Below the pieces are notes generated by a model. It had not been told where the DNA came from and ran no database searches. It saw nothing but the letters and a program-made list of their open reading frames with translations. A DNA stretch of 64,000 bases from Octopus sinensis. Taxonomy: Eukaryota. Of the stretch, positions 25,333 through 39,464 are shown piece after piece. Location: NCBI RefSeq assembly GCF_006345805.1, contig NC_043000.1:62806001-62870000 (forward strand), given 5' to 3'. Each line of letters starts with the position of its first letter. Positions within the stretch are counted from its first letter, which is position 1. A program made the position numbers and the translations under genes.

Positions 25333-25956
25333 TGTAGGGATCTAGCTAGACTTTGCCTGAGATTTGAAACCAAATCCACCCACTTGTTGCTTGTCAATAC
25401 GAGCAGGGAATCCTCTCCACACTAGATGATTGATGAGGAAACACTCAACCCCCTAAGACATGTGCTGGTCAAGGAAAGGTCAGTCCTTTGTTTTGGGTTT
25501 GACCTACATTACTGACCATAGCCTATATAACAGAGAATTTCCTATCTCTTTCTCTTATGTGTCAGCTATAACCAAGAAGCAACACCCTCTCTTTTATATC
25601 AGCCAGACCACGAAGCAGCACCTACTTTTGCTTCAGCTTTAACCAAGAACAGCACTCCCCTTCACCCTTTTGGCTACAAGAAAGGCGATGCCATCTTTAT
25701 CCTTTCTTCCTTTCTAGTCAGCACCGTGCATTCCTTACTTTTTCACTCTCAACTGACAGACAACTTTTTTCTACACTATCAACTACTAACCAGCGAGCCA
25801 AACTTGTTGTCACTATCACTAGAATCGCTGCTGTATCTTTAACTACCTGTTGGGCAAATGAATAAATATATGTCAATAATATTTCTTCCTTCTTGGTGTT
25901 GATTCTTTGATGTTTATTGGTTACTGATGTGAGAACCTTTAAGCGTTACATCTACA
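25333..25956 (+). mobile_element. Putative solo LTR
   Basis: TGTAG...CTACA termini; internal TATATAA (about 25524) and AATAAA (25861); flanks tacct and tacta match only partly. Confidence 0.45.
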
Positions 25957-27588
25957 TACTACATTTAGTAGTGGACTACATCATATCACATCTTTTATCT
26001 GGCCCGCTACAAATCTAAAAGGTTATGAGACAATGTTACTTTATCACTAAAAACTTCTCTGGTGGGCAAGAGTTTTGAGTGGGCACCATTGGTCTTCTAA
26101 TCACTTATTTTTAGTCCAATAAGTGATATAAAAAGAAAAAAAAAACGCAAATGGAGACTCTTCATAAAGATTATTTTCTGTCAAACGTCAATGGAAACTT
26201 CTTTGTTCATGAAGTGCAAAATGACACCTGGAATGCCTGTGGCCAAAATTTACTTATATATATTAATTATGAAAGTACAAGTAACTAAACTATTAAGTTT
26301 CTAGACAGTTAAACATGATGGTTGCAGTACCTCTGGCCAGTGAATTTTACACTCTATTACTCAATCCCCTAGTTATAAGCAAGTACAACAAAGTGATACA
26401 GTTTACTATGGTTACTCAACCTCATAGAAATAGCTACCAATCTTCTTCAAAATTCATACAACTATCATCATCATCATCATCATTTATTGTCTGTTTTTCA
26501 TGCTGACATGAGATGCATGGTGTGACAATAACCATCAAGACAAAAAGGATTGTATGAAACTTATCTTTAAAAAAAAAAGGGATGGACACATCTGGATAAT
26601 GAAGCTTTAGATACACCTGGCCTGAATTTCTTTTGGTCATAGATCTGTTTAATCTGAACTGACATGGGGATAAACTACAACACAGTAACAGTTAGCATTT
26701 GTATAACTGGCAAATAAATCATAGGCTTGCAGTGCTAGTGTCAATTTCAATCAGCAAGAAACTTGCATAAAACAGACTGACATTCCAATCACTCTGTCCA
26801 TCAAACAATATCCCTTTAATGCCAGAAAACCCATTATATATATATATTATGGAGATGTACTTGCATAGCAAGTGACTTCATCTGAGATAGTGTGCTAAAA
26901 TAAAAACAATTGCAGTGTGGAAAGTGTTTATAAGCCATTTAAAAAACACCAAAAAACGTTAGATTACATTTCAACATTTAGATTTAATTTGTGTCAGCAA
27001 GAAATTTTGTCAGTAAACAGGTCCCAATTTCAAAGCAATGGAAATATTTTGACATAAATTAAATTTAAATGTTGAAGTGAATCTAATGGATTTTGTATGT
27101 TTTTAAAGGGTTTATAAATAACTTCCATGCTGCATACTCTTCTGCCTTTGCTCTTTCGTTGCTCGCATGCAACCGTCGACCATCTTTTTTTTTCTAACTT
27201 GAATTTCCTTCTTTCTCTCTTATCAGCCACTCGTATTGGTTGAATGTAAAATGCACCATTTGAGCATGGCCAATGCCAGTGCTGCTTTATTGGCTATGAT
27301 GCCAGTGGCACGTAAAAAGCACCCACTACACTCTTACAGTGGTTGGCATCCAGCTGTAGAAACCTTGCCAAATCAGACTGAGCCTGGTACTACCGCCCGG
27401 CTTGCCAGTTGTCAGTCAAACCGTCCAACCCATACCAGCATGGAAAGCGGATGTTAAATGACAATGACGATGACAACACACACACATTTACACATACATA
27501 CACATACCTGTACATATGGTGTATGTGTCTAAGTACAGATCAGTGAATCATAATTACGGTGGTATGAATATATTTTATTAAATCTTAC

Positions 27589-27722
27589 TTGCAGAATGAG
27601 TAAAGTATCATCTCCAGGACTAACATTGGACCAGTGCTCCCTAAAATATTCAGTGGTTGTCCAGAAAATAATGCATATGCAACTCCAGTAATGGCAGCAG
27701 TCAAGATACATTCCATTGTTCC
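27589..27722 (-). CDS. SLC4: SLC4 NCBT exon, TM2-3 (GTMECILTAAITGVAYALFSGQPLNILGSTGPMLVLEMILYSFC)
   Basis: cattatcag|GGA and GCAA|gtaaga; 134 nt; GQPL.ILGSTGP motif of Na-coupled SLC4s. Confidence 0.96.
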
Positions 27723-28914
27723 CTGATAATGAAAAGATGTTCTTAATACTGGTTCTTAAACACAGTGTAAAAACTTCAGTTTAGTTAGTATTAATGTATT
27801 CTATGCAGTAAACACCATAAGGTTAACTAGAAGTAATTATTCAGTGAAGATAAATATCAGTCAATGACTAACATTATTTCACTAATTTTGATAAGTATAT
27901 AGAACATTTATGGACATATTTCTTTCTTATTATGATATCAACAGCTAATCATAATCTTCTCTGTAATTGCCAAAGTAGTAATGGAAGAATCACTAAGTAA
28001 AAATACAAGATTGTTAATACACTGGTTAGAATGAAAAAATAAATAGTGATAAATAGTGAAAATAACTCAGTGATGACATCTGCATAAAAATTGAAAGCTA
28101 ATAGTTAAGTTAGCATTCTGTAATCAGAACCAACATATTAGAGTTTACCAAGAAAGAATCAACAGCAATTCTATTTCATATTTGAATCATTGTCACAACA
28201 AAAATCATCAAGAACAAATATGTACAAGAACAGATGGAATCATTTCCAAATCATAACATTAAATGAAGACACAAGTATTCATCTGTTTTCAATTACTTTT
28301 TGGCATAGTTTGTTAACTGGAACTTAGGTGTGTTAAAAACCCCATTTAAATACATTAGTTGTGACTTTAGCATTATTGCTCTGTATATATTTAATATTTA
28401 AAGACAGAACAACTTTGTGTTAAGATTTTGGGGTAATTTTTTTACCGTTTTTGAATTTTCTATCTAACATCAAGAGTTACTGACTTTGCATAAAATCTTT
28501 TACTAGTTTCAGTAATTTGAGTAATTTGACTGCAACCATACTGAGGCACTGCCTTCAAGTTGGGTAGTGCTTTGCAGTACTCAAGAAGACCTGTTCTCCA
28601 CAGTAGAAGCGTTAAGTCCACATCCCCTGGTGAAGATGATTGGCCTTCAAAAGTCCTGTGCTGGTGCCTTGTAAAAAGCAACCACGCTGGTGCTAAGTAA
28701 TAAGTTCTCATGCCAGTGCCATGTAAAAGCGCTTGTGCCAGTCACACATTAAAAGCACCCAGCACATACTGCAAAGTGGTTGGTGTTAGGAAGGGCATCC
28801 AGCCATAAAGACCATACCAAATTAGACTGGAACTTGATGCAGCTTCCCAACTCTGGTCAAACTGTCCAACCCATGCCAGCAAGGAAAACAGACATTAAAG
28901 AATGATGATAATGA

Positions 28915-28964
<50 letters not shown>

Positions 28965-29745
28965 TGTATTATATTATATTATATTATATTGTATTATATT
29001 ATAGTATATTTCATATAAGGATCAATAAAGCAGCAGTTAAGCACTAGGTTTGACCTATCAAATATAGTGAGTTCTGAACTATGCCACTGTTAGAAATAAA
29101 TTTTCAGTACTCTCTAGAGTGGAATGTTGTTCTACTCTAGGAGGACAGAACACTTTGAGAGGCTGGTAATGTGTCTATCTACCTGCCTATATATGTGTGT
29201 GTATGGATGTTTTTACAGGCACGCGCGCGCACACACACACAGTACAAATTTACAGAAAACAAATAACAGGAGAAGGAACAACAAGCAGGTGTACATTATA
29301 TATATTATGTTTTTATGTCAATTTGTAATTAAAACAATTTAACCTTAGACTGAAGAAAATATTTGCTTTACAATCAGTCATTCCAGGAATAGTGGCCATT
29401 GAAAAAGAGCAATATCGGTGCAGTGTTTGATCTCTACAGCTCTCTGAGCTGATTGTTCAACCCTCTTTGCTTTTAGTTATAAACATCGTTCACAACAGAA
29501 ATAAAATAAATACTATATTCCATAGATCAATTCTAACAGCATCAAACCTGTATTTTGATAGCTCTAAGTATTTCTGCATCAGTTACAACAAATTTAGCTT
29601 CAAATGAGCCGTTTAGGGAGAATCATCTATTTTAGAATCAATCTACTGATTGTTACTTCATTAAAAACATGTTAAGTCCATAATTAACAGCAAGGAAAAT
29701 AAATACATAAAAAAAAAATCAATAATCCATTTATCATGAACTTAC

Positions 29746-29920
29746 CATGTACTGATCAGTGGCTTGACCCAGAAGTCCTCCAAATGTTACATTTGGTGTT
29801 AGTGTAGCAAGGTAGAGAAAAATAATACTGGCGATACATTGTAAATGTAGTGCATCTTTAAAGTCACTCGCGTACCATTTTACTTTCCGTTTTACATCTG
29901 CTATAAGACCGCCAAATAGG
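29746..29920 (-). CDS. SLC4: SLC4 NCBT exon, TM1 ([58 protein letters not shown])
   Basis: tgttttgcag|C and ATG|gtaagt; 175 nt; motifs FGGL..D.KRK, SDFKDAL and TFGGLLG. Confidence 0.97.
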
Positions 29921-31503
29921 CTGCAAAACAGATTAATTTTTGGGTAAAGATGAGAAACTATGAAAATATTATTATCAAAACTATGAAATATCATTATTAA
30001 TTACACCATTACTCCATATCCTATTATAGAGACAATGCAAAATATTGGTTACTTTCAGATTAGGGACATAGGTTCTATGTTTTAAGGAAAAGGAAATGTG
30101 GATTGTGACATTTATGCTTTTCCCCAAAGGTATTTATACTGAAAGTAAAAGGAAATGGTTTCACCCGGGATTTAGAAATACACCAAAGTTTTGGCTTTCA
30201 AAGAACTGTATCTCATACACTTACAGAGCTCCCAGATAAACAATACATAAATTAGTTAGGAATATCAGGATGTAAAGAATGTTTTATGAGATTTTACAAC
30301 TAGCTTTCAATCCTAGCATGAGTGAAATGATTTGGAAACAATTCTGATATTCACAAAATTCTTGGTTCAAGGCTTTTTACAGCTTAAAACCTTTATACTT
30401 CTAAGTATTCAACTACGAACTCTAAGTGATACCAAAGTATTAGCCTAGTAAACTGAGCAATAAACTACACTAGGAAGAACACCTTACAAATTTGGTATTT
30501 TAGCTCCCTAACTTCACTGTTATATTTCTTCTCTTTCATATTTCTGTGAAAGCATGTGGCTTATTGGTTATAGTTTCTGGATTATTGTGCCTTCAATTCC
30601 TGTATGGAGTGGTGCAATGTTCCTTTGAGTTGGGCACTTCATTTCCTGTTGCTCTAGTCTACTTAGCTTCAATCCCTTAGCATTTAATCTGACCATATCT
30701 GGCCCAAATATTCCATCTGTTTTATGTTAAAACTGACTAGATCCAATTTCTCACACCTTCCCTACACTGTCATTTTAAAAATATACAAATGCATCATTGA
30801 AATCTTGAAGCTATAAGATAACACATGATTAATTCAACAAAATTTAGATAATTGAGCATCATGGATAAGAGAGGGATGGACAACAGAGTATTCATGTCTG
30901 CTCATGCCCATCTTGCAATGTTGAGATAAGGAAACACAAGCACACATATATGCATGTGTGTGTGTGTGTGTGTAGATAGATAGATAGATAGATAAGACAG
31001 ATAAACAGACAGATAGATAAATAGATAGATAGACAGACAAACAGACAGGTAGATAGATAAATAGAGATAGATAGACAGACAATAGGTGACTCAAAAGGAT
31101 AACTATAACAGAAATCTAAATGGAGCTGATATGAAGGTAGTAATGAAGATAAACACAGTTAGGCTTGATATAAATATGTTTACATGGAACACAAAAAATA
31201 TAAGATAAAAGTATAGAATAGGAAAAGAAAATATGGAATTTCATAACTTGGAGTTATGTAATGATTATGATAATTATAAATTGCTGATGAAATGTGCAAC
31301 CAGTTACATGGCCATAAGTTTTTGTACATTTCATTTGCAATTTATGGTTATTATGATTATGTAAACCCAGATTTCCTGAAACAGCTGTTGAGTTATAAAA
31401 TTACATATTTTCTTATCTTATTCCGTACTTTTATTTTGCATTTCTTTGTACTTCATTTAGATATATTTATATCAAGCTTAGTTGCTTTTATTTCCCTTAC
31501 TCA

Positions 31504-31537
<34 letters not shown>

Positions 31538-31689
31538 CTATCTATGTTAGTATGTACATATGTACGTATGTATGTATGCAAGTGAGTGGACAAATGAAAG
31601 AAAGTCGAACTCAACACATTTGCTAAGAGTTACATATATCATTTAATAACAATTTGATTCAGTTCCATGCAACTTAAATTCTTGTATGC

Positions 31690-32150
31690 TCATCAAATGA
31701 ACCGACACAAAGTTTTCTAAAAGTTTTCATCATTCTCGACACAATCAAGGAGACCTTGTGCTATTAAAACCCGAGCGTCTTTTAGGTCAGCTGAAAGCAG
31801 TTTTGGCACAAACTTGGCAGACATGCGTCTCATACCCAAATCTTCAGAGATAATGGACTGAACTGAACTGAACTGTAACTAGTCTGCACATCCTCTAATA
31901 ACTCATGGATGGTGATTTGACAATTTCCCCTCACAGCTGCATGCATATCTGTAATGTTTTTTCTCAGTTCTGCTGGTTGCAGGTCTCCCAGAACGTTTGT
32001 CAATATCAACATTTGTTCAGCTATATTGGAAACTTCTGAACCACTTGTATACTTGTGTGTGGCTCATAAACTCCTCTCCATAAACTTTCTGCAACTTTAA
32101 CTAGGCCTCTGTGCAGGTATTGCCATGACAACTTTCTCTGTCATAGTCAA
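31690..32150 (-). mobile_element. Mariner transposase fragment (HTH region)
   Basis: Frameshifted translation VRGNCQITIHELLEDVQTSYSSVQ..IISEDLGMRRMSAKFVPKLLSADLKDARV. Confidence 0.75.
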
Positions 32151-32356
32151 TGTGACGATCACATGCTACACACCTTTCTTCTAAGCACTGCTCTAAATAG
32201 TGGAAGTGAGTTAGAACATTGAAACTTAGTGCGTATGCACAGCAGAGTTCAAAGTCAATCTGTGCCAAGCAGCTTCACTTTGCATGCTTTAGCTTTGTTA
32301 CTATGGCAAAAGTCCGGATACTTATTGATTAGACCTCATATATATATATATATATA

Positions 32357-32752
32357 TATTCAATTCAATTCAATTTTTATTGGCTCAAAAAGCAAAAGCA
32401 AGGCCATGTAGGGGGACAGGGAGGGTGGTCATACAAAGTGTTTAGTCCATTTCTAGTCAAGAGAAACTTTGAACCGAGCAGTTGTTGGCATCTTCACTAT
32501 CTCGTCTGGCAGCTTATTCCACGGATCCGCAACCCGGACAGAGAAAGCCCCTTTCCTTTGATTGAGATGAAATCGTCGTAGATAGAGCTTTTCAGAGTGA
32601 CCCCACAGCCCACACTCTGGAGCAGGAGTGAAGAACGGCTCTTTCGAGAGGTTACACTTTCCGCTTATGATGTGAGCGAGAATGAGATCACCATGGCGTC
32701 GTCGTTTTTTGAGAGAATAAAGGTCGAGCATCTTCAGCTTTTCTTCATAAGA
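32357..32752 (-). mobile_element. 5'-truncated CR1-clade LINE 3' end
   Basis: ORF YEEKLKMLDLYSLKKRRRHGDLI...GHSEKL...FSVRVADPWNKLP..FKVSLD typical of the CR1 RT C-terminus, then AATAAA and an (ATTGA)n tail. Confidence 0.88.
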
Positions 32753-32992
32753 CAAATATATATATATACACACACATATGATGAACTTCTTTCAGTTTCC
32801 ATCTACTAAATCCACTTACAAGGCTTTGGCCAACCCAGGCTTATGGTAAAAGATGATTGCTAAAGGTGCCCTGTAGTGAGACTGAACCTAAAACCAAGTG
32901 GTTGGGAAGCAAACTTCTTAGCCACACACTCAGGATTCTTTTTTAAAGACAAACTTAACCTGGCAAAAAGATTCTAAAAATTTATTTCCTAC

Positions 32993-33090
32993 CTTCCAGT
33001 TCTAACTAAAGTTGGATCACAATGGGAAAGCTCCTCCTCTTCATCCTGTTTTGCACAAACTGAAGTAGGTTTAACTGACTTGCGGTTTCC
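32993..33090 (-). CDS. SLC4: SLC4 NCBT exon (GNRKSVKPTSVCAKQDEEEELSHCDPTLVRTG-)
   Basis: ctatgaaag|GGA and GGAAG|gtagga; 98 nt, phase 0 to phase 2; ends in the conserved L-x-RTG motif before LFGGL. Confidence 0.88.
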
Positions 33091-34747
33091 CTTTCATAGA
33101 CAGAATTAAAGATAAAAGCATATTAATTACAATCAAACATTAAATATGGTTGAAAATTACAGAACTGAACATAATAGATATTCAACAAAAATGATTTCTT
33201 TCATAATAACAAAAACTCAAAATAACTCACCCGTTCAAGTGAGTCTCTATATGGTCACTTGACCTGTTAGAAATGGTAGCTAAATCTCTCTCTCAGAATT
33301 AACTCCACTGTCTTTATTCATGGATATATAATTCTTTCTACTGTAAACATATGACCATAAATTTTGGGGTAAGAGTTAGCCAATCATATTGGCCCCAGAG
33401 ATCAAGTGGTACTTATTTTATCGACCCTGAAAGGATGAAACGCGAAGTCAATCTCAGCAGAATTTAAATTCACAACATAGAGCTGGAAGAAAAGCTTCTA
33501 AGTATTGTGTCCAACATGCTATTGATTCTGCTAGCTTGCTACCTTCCATACCGTTACTTGCTTCAGTCATTAGACTGTGGCCATGCTGGGGCACTGTCTT
33601 GAATTTCAGTCAAACTAGTTAACCCAGTACTTATTTTCTTTTTAAGCTAGTACTTATTCTGTAGGTTTCTTTTGCTGAACCACTAGGTTACAGGGATATA
33701 AGCACACCAGCACAGTTGTCAAACAGTGTTGGGGCAGGGGAAAAATACAGACACTAAAACACAAACACACATTGATATACATATATCTATAAATACGACA
33801 GGATTCTTCCTGTCTATCAGATCCACTCACAAGGCTTTATTCGACTTGAGACTATAGTAGAAGACATTTGCCCAAGGTGCCACACAGTGGGACTGAACCC
33901 AAAATCAAGTGGTCAGGAAGCCAACTTCTTACCATACAGCCATGCCTGCACCATAAGTATATAACTCTTTTCTACTATAGGCACAAAGTCAGAAATTTTG
34001 GAGGAAGGGCTAGTCAATAACATCAACCCCAGTGCTCAACTGGCACTCATTTATCAACTCCCAGAAGGATGAAAATTAAAGCTAATCTTGGCAGAATTTG
34101 AACTCAGAATGTAAAACCTGAAGAAATGCTGTTAAGCATTTCGACTGCCATGCTGACGGCTCTGCTAGCTTAGCACCTTTTATGGATGTATAATTAACAA
34201 CTCTTAAACACCTGCAAACACATTATTGATAACACTTAAAATCCATGGATATATAATTAACAGCACTTAACAAGGATAATATATACTTAAATGCTACTCT
34301 GACACTTGTGACCAACTTAGTAGATGAGAAAATAAATCAAAACTTTTCACATAATAGTAACATTTCTTCTTGAGTCTGCTTTTCTTTTCAATAGTGTTTT
34401 TCAATATTAACCCTTCCCTGATTTTCCTGTTGTACCAGATTGTTTTGTCTTTTTTCAATATCACATAAGAAAAGGCTTATATATACACTTTGCCTTCTTA
34501 CAGAGTTATCTCTGTAAGAAGTCAATAAGTGTATAAGCCTTTTGCCATAGTTTCCTTTCCAAAATGTTATAAAATGGTCTCAAATATTTCTGCATTATCC
34601 TGATGTACAATTTCTTCATCAGGATCTCTTCCTCCTCTTCCATAGATGACCAAGACCAGATCAAATCTATCCCAATCCCCAGCAACCTTAGTGAAAGTTA
34701 TTCTCCTTATTGTTTTGAATGTTGTTGTTCATTGCAGTTAGGAATTG

Positions 34748-34748
34748 T

Positions 34749-34814
<66 letters not shown>

Positions 34815-34856
34815 CAGCAGTAGCAGCAACAACAACAGCAGCAGTGACAGCAGTAG
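34748..34856. repeat. (TAG)n microsatellite grading into (CAG/CAA)n
   Basis: Direct reading. Confidence 0.95.
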
Positions 34857-35634
34857 TAGAAAGTGTTGTTGCCATTGTTGTTACTATGACAATAACACTA
34901 CAGCTAACACTAGTGGTATGGCTGGTCCTTTACAACAAACCACCCACCACATCATCATTGTTGATCTGTCTATGCCACTCCTAAACTTTGCTCAATTACA
35001 AATACTCAAGAATCATTTTCTTCCTTTCTCCTTTGTGAAAAGAGCAACAGTGAAGTGCACAAGAACCAGCTTTTCTACTAACAAAAGTTTTATAAAATAC
35101 TCTATTACTTGTTATTTCAGTTTAAAAATAAGATATTTCAGCTCTGAAAATGGAGGGAAATGGTTCATCTATATTATTCTTTTACTTTTTTTACTGGTTT
35201 CAGTCATTTTACTGCAGCCATGCGGGAGCATTGCCTTGATGGGTTTTAGTTGAAGAAAGAAGCCTAGTACTTATTCAATCAGTCTCCTTTGCCAAACTGT
35301 GGGGATATAAACACAACATCAGTTGCCAAACGATGGTGTGGAATCAAACACAGATTCAAACACACACACATATTTTATATATATATATACACGAAGGACT
35401 TCTTTCAGTTTCTGCCTTCCAGATCCACTCACAAGGCTTTGGTCACTCCAAAACTATAGTAGAAGAGACTTATCCAAGGTGCCACACAGTGGGACTGAAC
35501 TCAGAACCATGTGGTAGGGAAGCAAACTTCTTACCACACAGCCACACCAGAGAATAATAATACTAACAATAATAGAAACATTGTTTTTACAATGGATACA
35601 AGACCTGAAATATGTTGGGTAGAGGGTTACTTAA

Positions 35635-35857
35635 CCCATTAAGTCCCAGAGTACTTAAATTTCCGAATATTACTTTTAAATTTTTACAGATGATTGAAAA
35701 TAGGTGAAAATGAAAAAAATAATTATCAAAACTCCTTTACTTCAAGTAGAAATGCAAATACTCAGTGTCCTATAAAGAGGACACTGAGACAATGTGATAT
35801 AGCTTATTTAATGTTCTCATTCAGTGTCCTATTTATAGGACAGTGGGACTTAATGGG
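35635..35857. mobile_element. piggyBac-type MITE
   Basis: TTAA|CCCATTAAGTCCCA ... TGGGACTTAATGGG|TTAA; two internal CAGTGTCC..GGACA(C/G)TG mini-hairpins. Confidence 0.85.
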
Positions 35858-37462
35858 TTAATGAAATCCCCACTCAATACCTTGTTGGTACTTCATTTTA
35901 TTAATGCTGAAAGTATGCAAGTCAAAGCTGGCCTCAGCAAAATTGTTACTCAGAATGAAAAGAGCCAGAGGAAATACTGCAAGGCATTTTATCTAACATG
36001 CTAATTAATCTGCCAGGTTATTGCCTTAATAATCCTTTCTACTAAAGGCACAAGGCCTGAAATTTTGTGGGAGGGAACTAGTTGATTACATTGATTCCAG
36101 TGTTTCACTGGTACCTAATTTGTGGACCCTGAAAGGATGAGAAGCAAAGTCGACCTTGGTAGCAGTTTTGAGTGAATGGAGAAACTGATTATATCAACCC
36201 CAATACTTGATTAATACTTATTTTATTGACCTCCAACAGGATGAAAGGCAAAGTCAGCCTCAGTAGGATTCAAGCACAGGATTTAAAAAACTAGAAGAAA
36301 TGCCACTAAGCATTTTGTCCAATGCAGGCACAAATCCAACAAATTTGAGTGGAGGGGGAATGTCAGTTACAGTGATCCCAGAGCTGAGATGGTACTTATT
36401 TTCTTAACTCTGAAAACAATGAAAGATGATGTTGACCTTGGTGGGACTCAAACTCATAACATAAAGTACTGGGACAAATACCATAAGACATTTCTTCTAG
36501 CCTCTAAAAATTCTATTAGTCCACACCCTAAAAGTAATAAAACTAATGACAGTTGCTTTTAGTTTAGGTAAATAAAAACTTCCTGGGTTATAACATCCCT
36601 AATGATTTCAGATTCCCTAGTGGCAGAAAATGCATGCTATTTGTTATTTCTTGACTCTTTTCTTTTTTGTCACTGGTTTTCAACACTGGATTGTGGTCAT
36701 GTTGGGTATACTACCACCATTAAGAGGTTTGGGGCTTTAAGTTGACTTTGTTGACTCCAGTTCTTTTTCTGGTACTTATTTCATCAACATTGGAAAAAAG
36801 ATGTAAAAATGTCAACTGGGCATAAGGAGAAGGCAAGTAATGTGGATTGAAATACTACAAAATGTTTTTTTTTTATTGTGTGTGTGTGTGTAAGTAAGCA
36901 AGTGTGTGTGCATGCATTGCACAATATCAGTACACATGAATACACACACATACAAAGTCATGCATGTATATGCACACACACGCATGTACATAGCCCAGTT
37001 TTAAGAATAGGCACACTGCCTCTCTGTGCATCATAAGTCAGCCAAAAGGTTAGCAACAAGAAAGGCATCCAGCAGTAAAACACTCTTAGAAAGTCCGTGA
37101 AAGTCATACCAACATGCACACGGACACACCCACAAACACACACCTGATTGGTTTCTGTACAGTTTCTGTCAACTGAATTTCATACACATGGAATTGGTTA
37201 ACACAAAGACATGTATGTTAGAAAACCCTATGTCCATAATGCCTTCTTTGTTGTAGATTGCATTTGAGACAATGTTATAGAGAAGAGAACATTTTAACCA
37301 TTCAGCCAACTTATACTATGTTCTGGCACCTTAATTATTTTAATGTTTTTTTAATTTTTTATGGAGAGAAATGGCACAGCAATATGAAGAATAGCAGTTA
37401 CTTTTAGTTTAGAAAATTAAAGCTTGCTGGATTATTAAAACACTTCATGAGTTTAGATTTAC

Positions 37463-37609
37463 CTGTGGTGGCACAACAGCAGGTGGTTCTATACGAATAT
37501 TAGGGTCCCACTCACCAGGCGGCAGAACAGTGACTTGATCTAAAAATTCATCAATGCCAGCTAATAGATCTTGCCTTCCTCTGGCTTTGTAAGCAACCTC
37601 TCCAAAAAC
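37463..37609 (-). CDS. SLC4: SLC4 NCBT exon ([49 protein letters not shown])
   Basis: atttcag|GTT and CAG|gtaaat; 147 nt; diagnostic [18 protein letters not shown] motif. Confidence 0.97.
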
Positions 37610-37736
37610 CTGAAATATATTAAAAAAACAAATGTTAAGATATAAAAATTCTTTGCAGAAAGGAAATACATATTTATTTACTTACTGTTATTGCTGCAAT
37701 CAGAAACATCAAGTGATGTAATTATAATGAAAATTA

Positions 37737-38020
37737 TGGCTCAGTGGTTAGAGCATCTGGGGTCACTATCATGAGGTAGTGAGTTCGATTCTCGGACCAG
37801 GCTGTGTGTTGTGTTCTAGAGCAAGACACTTTCTTTCACGTTGCTCCAGTCATCCATAGAAATGAGTTGCAACATTACTGATGCTAAGCTGCTTTGACTT
37901 TTGTCTTTCCCTTGGATAATGTTGTGGCATGGAGAGTGGAAACTGGTATCCATGGATGACTGCTGGTCTTCCATAAACAATCTTGCTTGGACTTGCGCCT
38001 CATGACTGAAGGGGCTCTTT
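37737..38020 (+). mobile_element. tRNA-derived SINE family D
   Basis: TGGCTCAGTGG, GAGTTCGATTCT, CORE-like CTAGAGCAAGACACTTTCTTTCACGTTGCTCCAG; related copies at about 42280-42420 (+) and 61340-61618 (-). Confidence 0.65.
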
Positions 38021-39234
38021 ACCCTTTTACATTATTATTGTTTAGTTTTAAGTCATTCCTGATCAAGCAAGACTATAAACATTAACATTTTACTTATGTC
38101 TCACTCCCTGTCTCTTCAGATATAATTTTTCACCAACTACATTACCCAATACATTCTTTATTCTAAAGATGGTAAAGTGTGATTTGAGGGAGATTTAGTT
38201 GCTATTTCTTAAAAGTTGACTTCATTGACTCATTTTTCTTGCTTCTGTTACTGTGTCAGGAAACAAGAACATCACAGAGGTGGTGATACATGTTCTGACT
38301 TCTACGAAATGCCAGAAGAAAAACATATCAATACTTTTTTATTTTATCATACCTGGAAGAATGAAAGCAAAGTTGACCGTGAGAGAATTTGAACTCGGAG
38401 CATAAAGAACTGGAATAAATACTGCAAAGCATCTGGACTGACACTCTAAGAATACATGCAATAGAATGGACTCCACTAAAGGTATCCAAGATGTCAGGTA
38501 GTGCTGTTAAAGTGAATGACAAATTAAGTATAACATACAAGTAAGCCAATGTGGGGTGTGAACTCGGAATACCAAAAGCTGGAACAAATTCCACAAGGCA
38601 TCCAATCCTTTCTGATGTTTTGACAGTCTTGGCAAACCACTACCTTGATTGGAACTTTTTTTTTTATTGACCATAAAAAAGGGATAAAAGGCAAGGTTGA
38701 CCTCAGCAAGATTTGAACTCAGAGTGCAGGTAGATCCAGATCAGCCAAAATCAATCAAAGCTAAGTCATTTACTACCACTCATATGCAAAGAGAGCTAAA
38801 GAAAAATATCTATGAAGTCACTCAATTTGCAAGAAATAGCAGCCAAATCTACCTTAAATCACATCTTACTCCCTAGAAAGGGGCAGTGTAGAACACATCA
38901 ACGAATGTAGTCTTGAATAACTCTTAAAATGATGGGATAGTTATAAGCTGAGTACCCTTGATCATAGCCTTGCTCAGTTAGATTGACTTCAGATTAAATG
39001 CTCTGTGTATGACTTTAAACTGCATTGGGATGTGGGACTCCGATGAGTATCCCACAGTTTTGAAGAGTGTGGAACCACCTCTTAGCCATTATTGTTCCCA
39101 GGTCAACTTTGACTTAGAGTAACAGCACTTGTTAGGATCCGAGCTTTGTGTTAAAATAGCATGCAACTAATCGAGCTAGGTTACATTGAAATCATAGGGT
39201 GCAGTATGGTGGATACTCTTTTACTCTCTCTCTC

Positions 39235-39433
39235 TTGTTTCAGTCATTTGACTGTGGCCATGCTGGAGCACCGCCTGTAGTCGAGCAAATTGACCCCAGG
39301 ACTTATTCTTTTGTAAGCCTAGTACTTATTCTATCGGTCTCTTTTGCTGAACCGCTAATTTACGGGGACGTAAACACACCAGCATCGGTTGTCAAGTGGT
39401 GTTGGGGGGACAAACCCAGACACTCAAACATAG

Positions 39434-39464
<31 letters not shown>

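Noticed and set aside
34603-35253. 216-aa plus-strand ORF, the longest in the track
   Set aside because: Held open by the (TAG)n/(CAG)n microsatellite (poly-Ser) and runs into a SINE; no protein-like content.
37737-37800. tRNA-like sequences at SINE heads (also 57465 and 61550)
   Set aside because: No complete cloverleaf; each is followed by a SINE body, so they are not tRNA genes.
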